62,845 nucleotides of DNA from Thermoanaerobaculia bacterium. Its GTDB lineage: Bacteria > Acidobacteriota > Thermoanaerobaculia > UBA5066 > Gp7-AA6. Below are positions 60,133-62,845 of this stretch, one piece after another (position 1 is the stretch's first letter; every line of letters begins with the position of its first letter). The translations under genes and the position numbers were made by a program. The notes below the pieces were generated by a model that saw only the letters and a program-made list of their open reading frames with translations, did no database searches and was not told the origin of the DNA. The DNA is taken from positions 1 through 62,845 of the forward strand of contig DATJXB010000045.1 in NCBI GenBank assembly GCA_035500755.1, read 5' to 3'.

Positions 60133-60134
60133 AC

Positions 60135-61718
<1,584 letters not shown>

Positions 61719-61722
61719 AACG

Positions 61723-62619
61723 ATGGCCTCGCTGATCGACATTCGCCGCCGGCTGCGCTCGGTCAAGAGCACGCAGCAGATCACCAAGGCCATGAAAATG
61801 GTCGCGGCGGCGAAGCTGCGCCGGGCGCAGGAGCGCGTCGTCGGCGCCCGACCCTACGCGAAGCTGCTGTCCAACGTCCTCGCGTCGGTGACCGCCAAGG
61901 CCGGCGAGGTGAAGCACCCGCTCCTCGCCGTCCGCGAGGAGAGGCGCGTGATCGTCGTCGTCATCGCGGGCGACCGCGGTCTGTGCGGCGCGTTCAACAC
62001 CAACGTGCACCGCGCCGCGCAGCACCTGATCGCGGCGCACCCGGAGTGGACCGAGGTGCGCGTGCTCCCGGCCGGAAAGAAGGCCGTGGAATTCTGGAAA
62101 CGGCGCAAGTTCCCGCTCACGGAGAAGACCTACCCGGCCGTCTTCGCGAACCTCCGCTACGCGGACGCGCGGGAGATCGCGACCGATCTCTCCGAGGAGT
62201 TCCTCGCCGAGAAGGTCGACGCGGTCTACGTCGTCGTCAACGAGTTCCGGTCGATCCTGTCCCAGGTCGTCCAGACGAGCCGGCTCCTGCCGCTGACCGC
62301 CGGCGAGACGGCCGAGGCGCCCGCCGCCGCCGCGGCCAGGGAAGCCCCGGCCGACGCGGGCGTCGAGTACATCTACGAGCCCGACGCGAAGACGATCCTC
62401 GCGTGGCTGCTGCCCCGTTCGCTCGAGTTCGCGGTCTACCGGGCGCTGGCCGAATCGGCGGCCGCCGAGATGGGCGCGCGCATGACGGCCATGGACTCGG
62501 CCCAGAAGAACGCGGGCGAGATCATCGACAAGCTCACGCTGACCTACAACCGCGCCCGCCAGGCGCGGATCACCAAGGAACTGATCGAGATCGTTTCCGG
62601 CGCCGCGGCGCTGGAGTAA
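61723..62619 (+). CDS. atpG: F0F1 ATP synthase subunit gamma
   Basis: 298 aa. MASLIDIRRRLRSVKSTQQITKAMKMVAAAKLRRAQ N-terminus and C-terminal RQARITKELIEIVSGAAAL. Confidence 0.95.
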   Translation: MASLIDIRRRLRSVKSTQQITKAMKMVAAAKLRRAQERVVGARPYAKLLSNVLASVTAKAGEVKHPLLAVREERRVIVVVIAGDRGLCGAFNTNVHRAAQHLIAAHPEWTEVRVLPAGKKAVEFWKRRKFPLTEKTYPAVFANLRYADAREIATDLSEEFLAEKVDAVYVVVNEFRSILSQVVQTSRLLPLTAGETAEAPAAAAAREAPADAGVEYIYEPDAKTILAWLLPRSLEFAVYRALAESAAAEMGARMTAMDSAQKNAGEIIDKLTLTYNRARQARITKELIEIVSGAAALE

Positions 62620-62632
62620 GGCGGGAGAAACC

Positions 62633-62845
62633 ATGGCGGAACAGAACGTCGGCAAAGTCGTCGCGATCATCGGGCCGGTCCTCGACATCGAGTTCCCGCA
62701 GGGGAAGCTACCGGCCATCTACAACGCGATCCACATCGTGGACGACGGCAAGGAAACGGGCGAGAAGATCGACGTCATCGCCGAGGTCGCCCAGCAGCTC
62801 GGCGAGAGCGTGGCTCGGTGTGTCGCCATGAAGCCGACCGACGGC
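62633..62845 (+). CDS. atpD: F0F1 ATP synthase subunit beta, 5' part (runs off the window)
   Basis: ATG 62633 gives MAEQNVGKVVAIIGPVLDIEFPQGKLPAIYNAIHIV..., the typical beta-subunit N-terminal barrel. Truncated at the window end. Confidence 0.9.
   Translation, partial: MAEQNVGKVVAIIGPVLDIEFPQGKLPAIYNAIHIVDDGKETGEKIDVIAEVAQQLGESVARCVAMKPTDG

Overview
High-GC (roughly 70% by eye) bacterial chromosome segment that spans the replication origin. The taxon is not identifiable from the sequence alone; gene content and synteny fit an Acidobacteriota- or Myxococcota-like Gram-negative.

Core layout: dnaA-dnaN-recF-gyrB-gyrA run leftward on the minus strand. rpmH-rnpA-yidD-yidC-jag-mnmE-mnmG-rsmG-parA-parB-bactofilin-atpF'FHAGD run rightward on the plus strand. 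Gene polarity flips at about 49.2 kb, and DnaA-box clusters flank dnaA. Two perfect palindromic parS sites bracket parA.

The left 40 kb carries:
- mpl and four GT-C-like polytopic membrane proteins
- dapF and an FAH-family hydrolase
- a tightly coupled xerC-S41 peptidase-hslV-hslU-lipoprotein operon
- DUF1015 and an amino-sugar/glycosyltransferase cluster
- cytochrome c plus SCO, threonine dehydratase, trmFO, topA and dprA
- an outer-membrane operon: TPR lipoprotein, secreted protein, and a peptidase-MA/PD40/Omp85-barrel fusion
- an MBL phosphodiesterase-like gene, a SAM methyltransferase and an NAT-like acyltransferase
- a crotonase, pdxR-pdxS-pdxT, DUF507, a transaldolase-like protein lacking the Schiff-base lysine, and a BNR-repeat protein

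Genes are densely packed, with many ATGA/GTGA/TGATG start-stop overlaps. I found no rRNA, tRNA, CRISPR array, IS or transposase, prophage, or recognisable defence genes. Many very long ORFs in the supplied track are Arg/Gly/Pro/Ala-rich antisense or off-frame artefacts of the GC content.

I do not see a convincing new multi-gene system. The best second-look items are:
- the peptidase-propeller-barrel operon (27.4-31.4 kb)
- two homopolymer G:C tracts of at least 10 nt that decide reading frames in lower-GC islands (1687-1697 and 32254-32263)
- the Lys-to-Arg transaldolase-like protein coupled to DUF507
- sharply AT-rich micro-islands inside mnmG and parB
- the oriC/parS/bactofilin architecture
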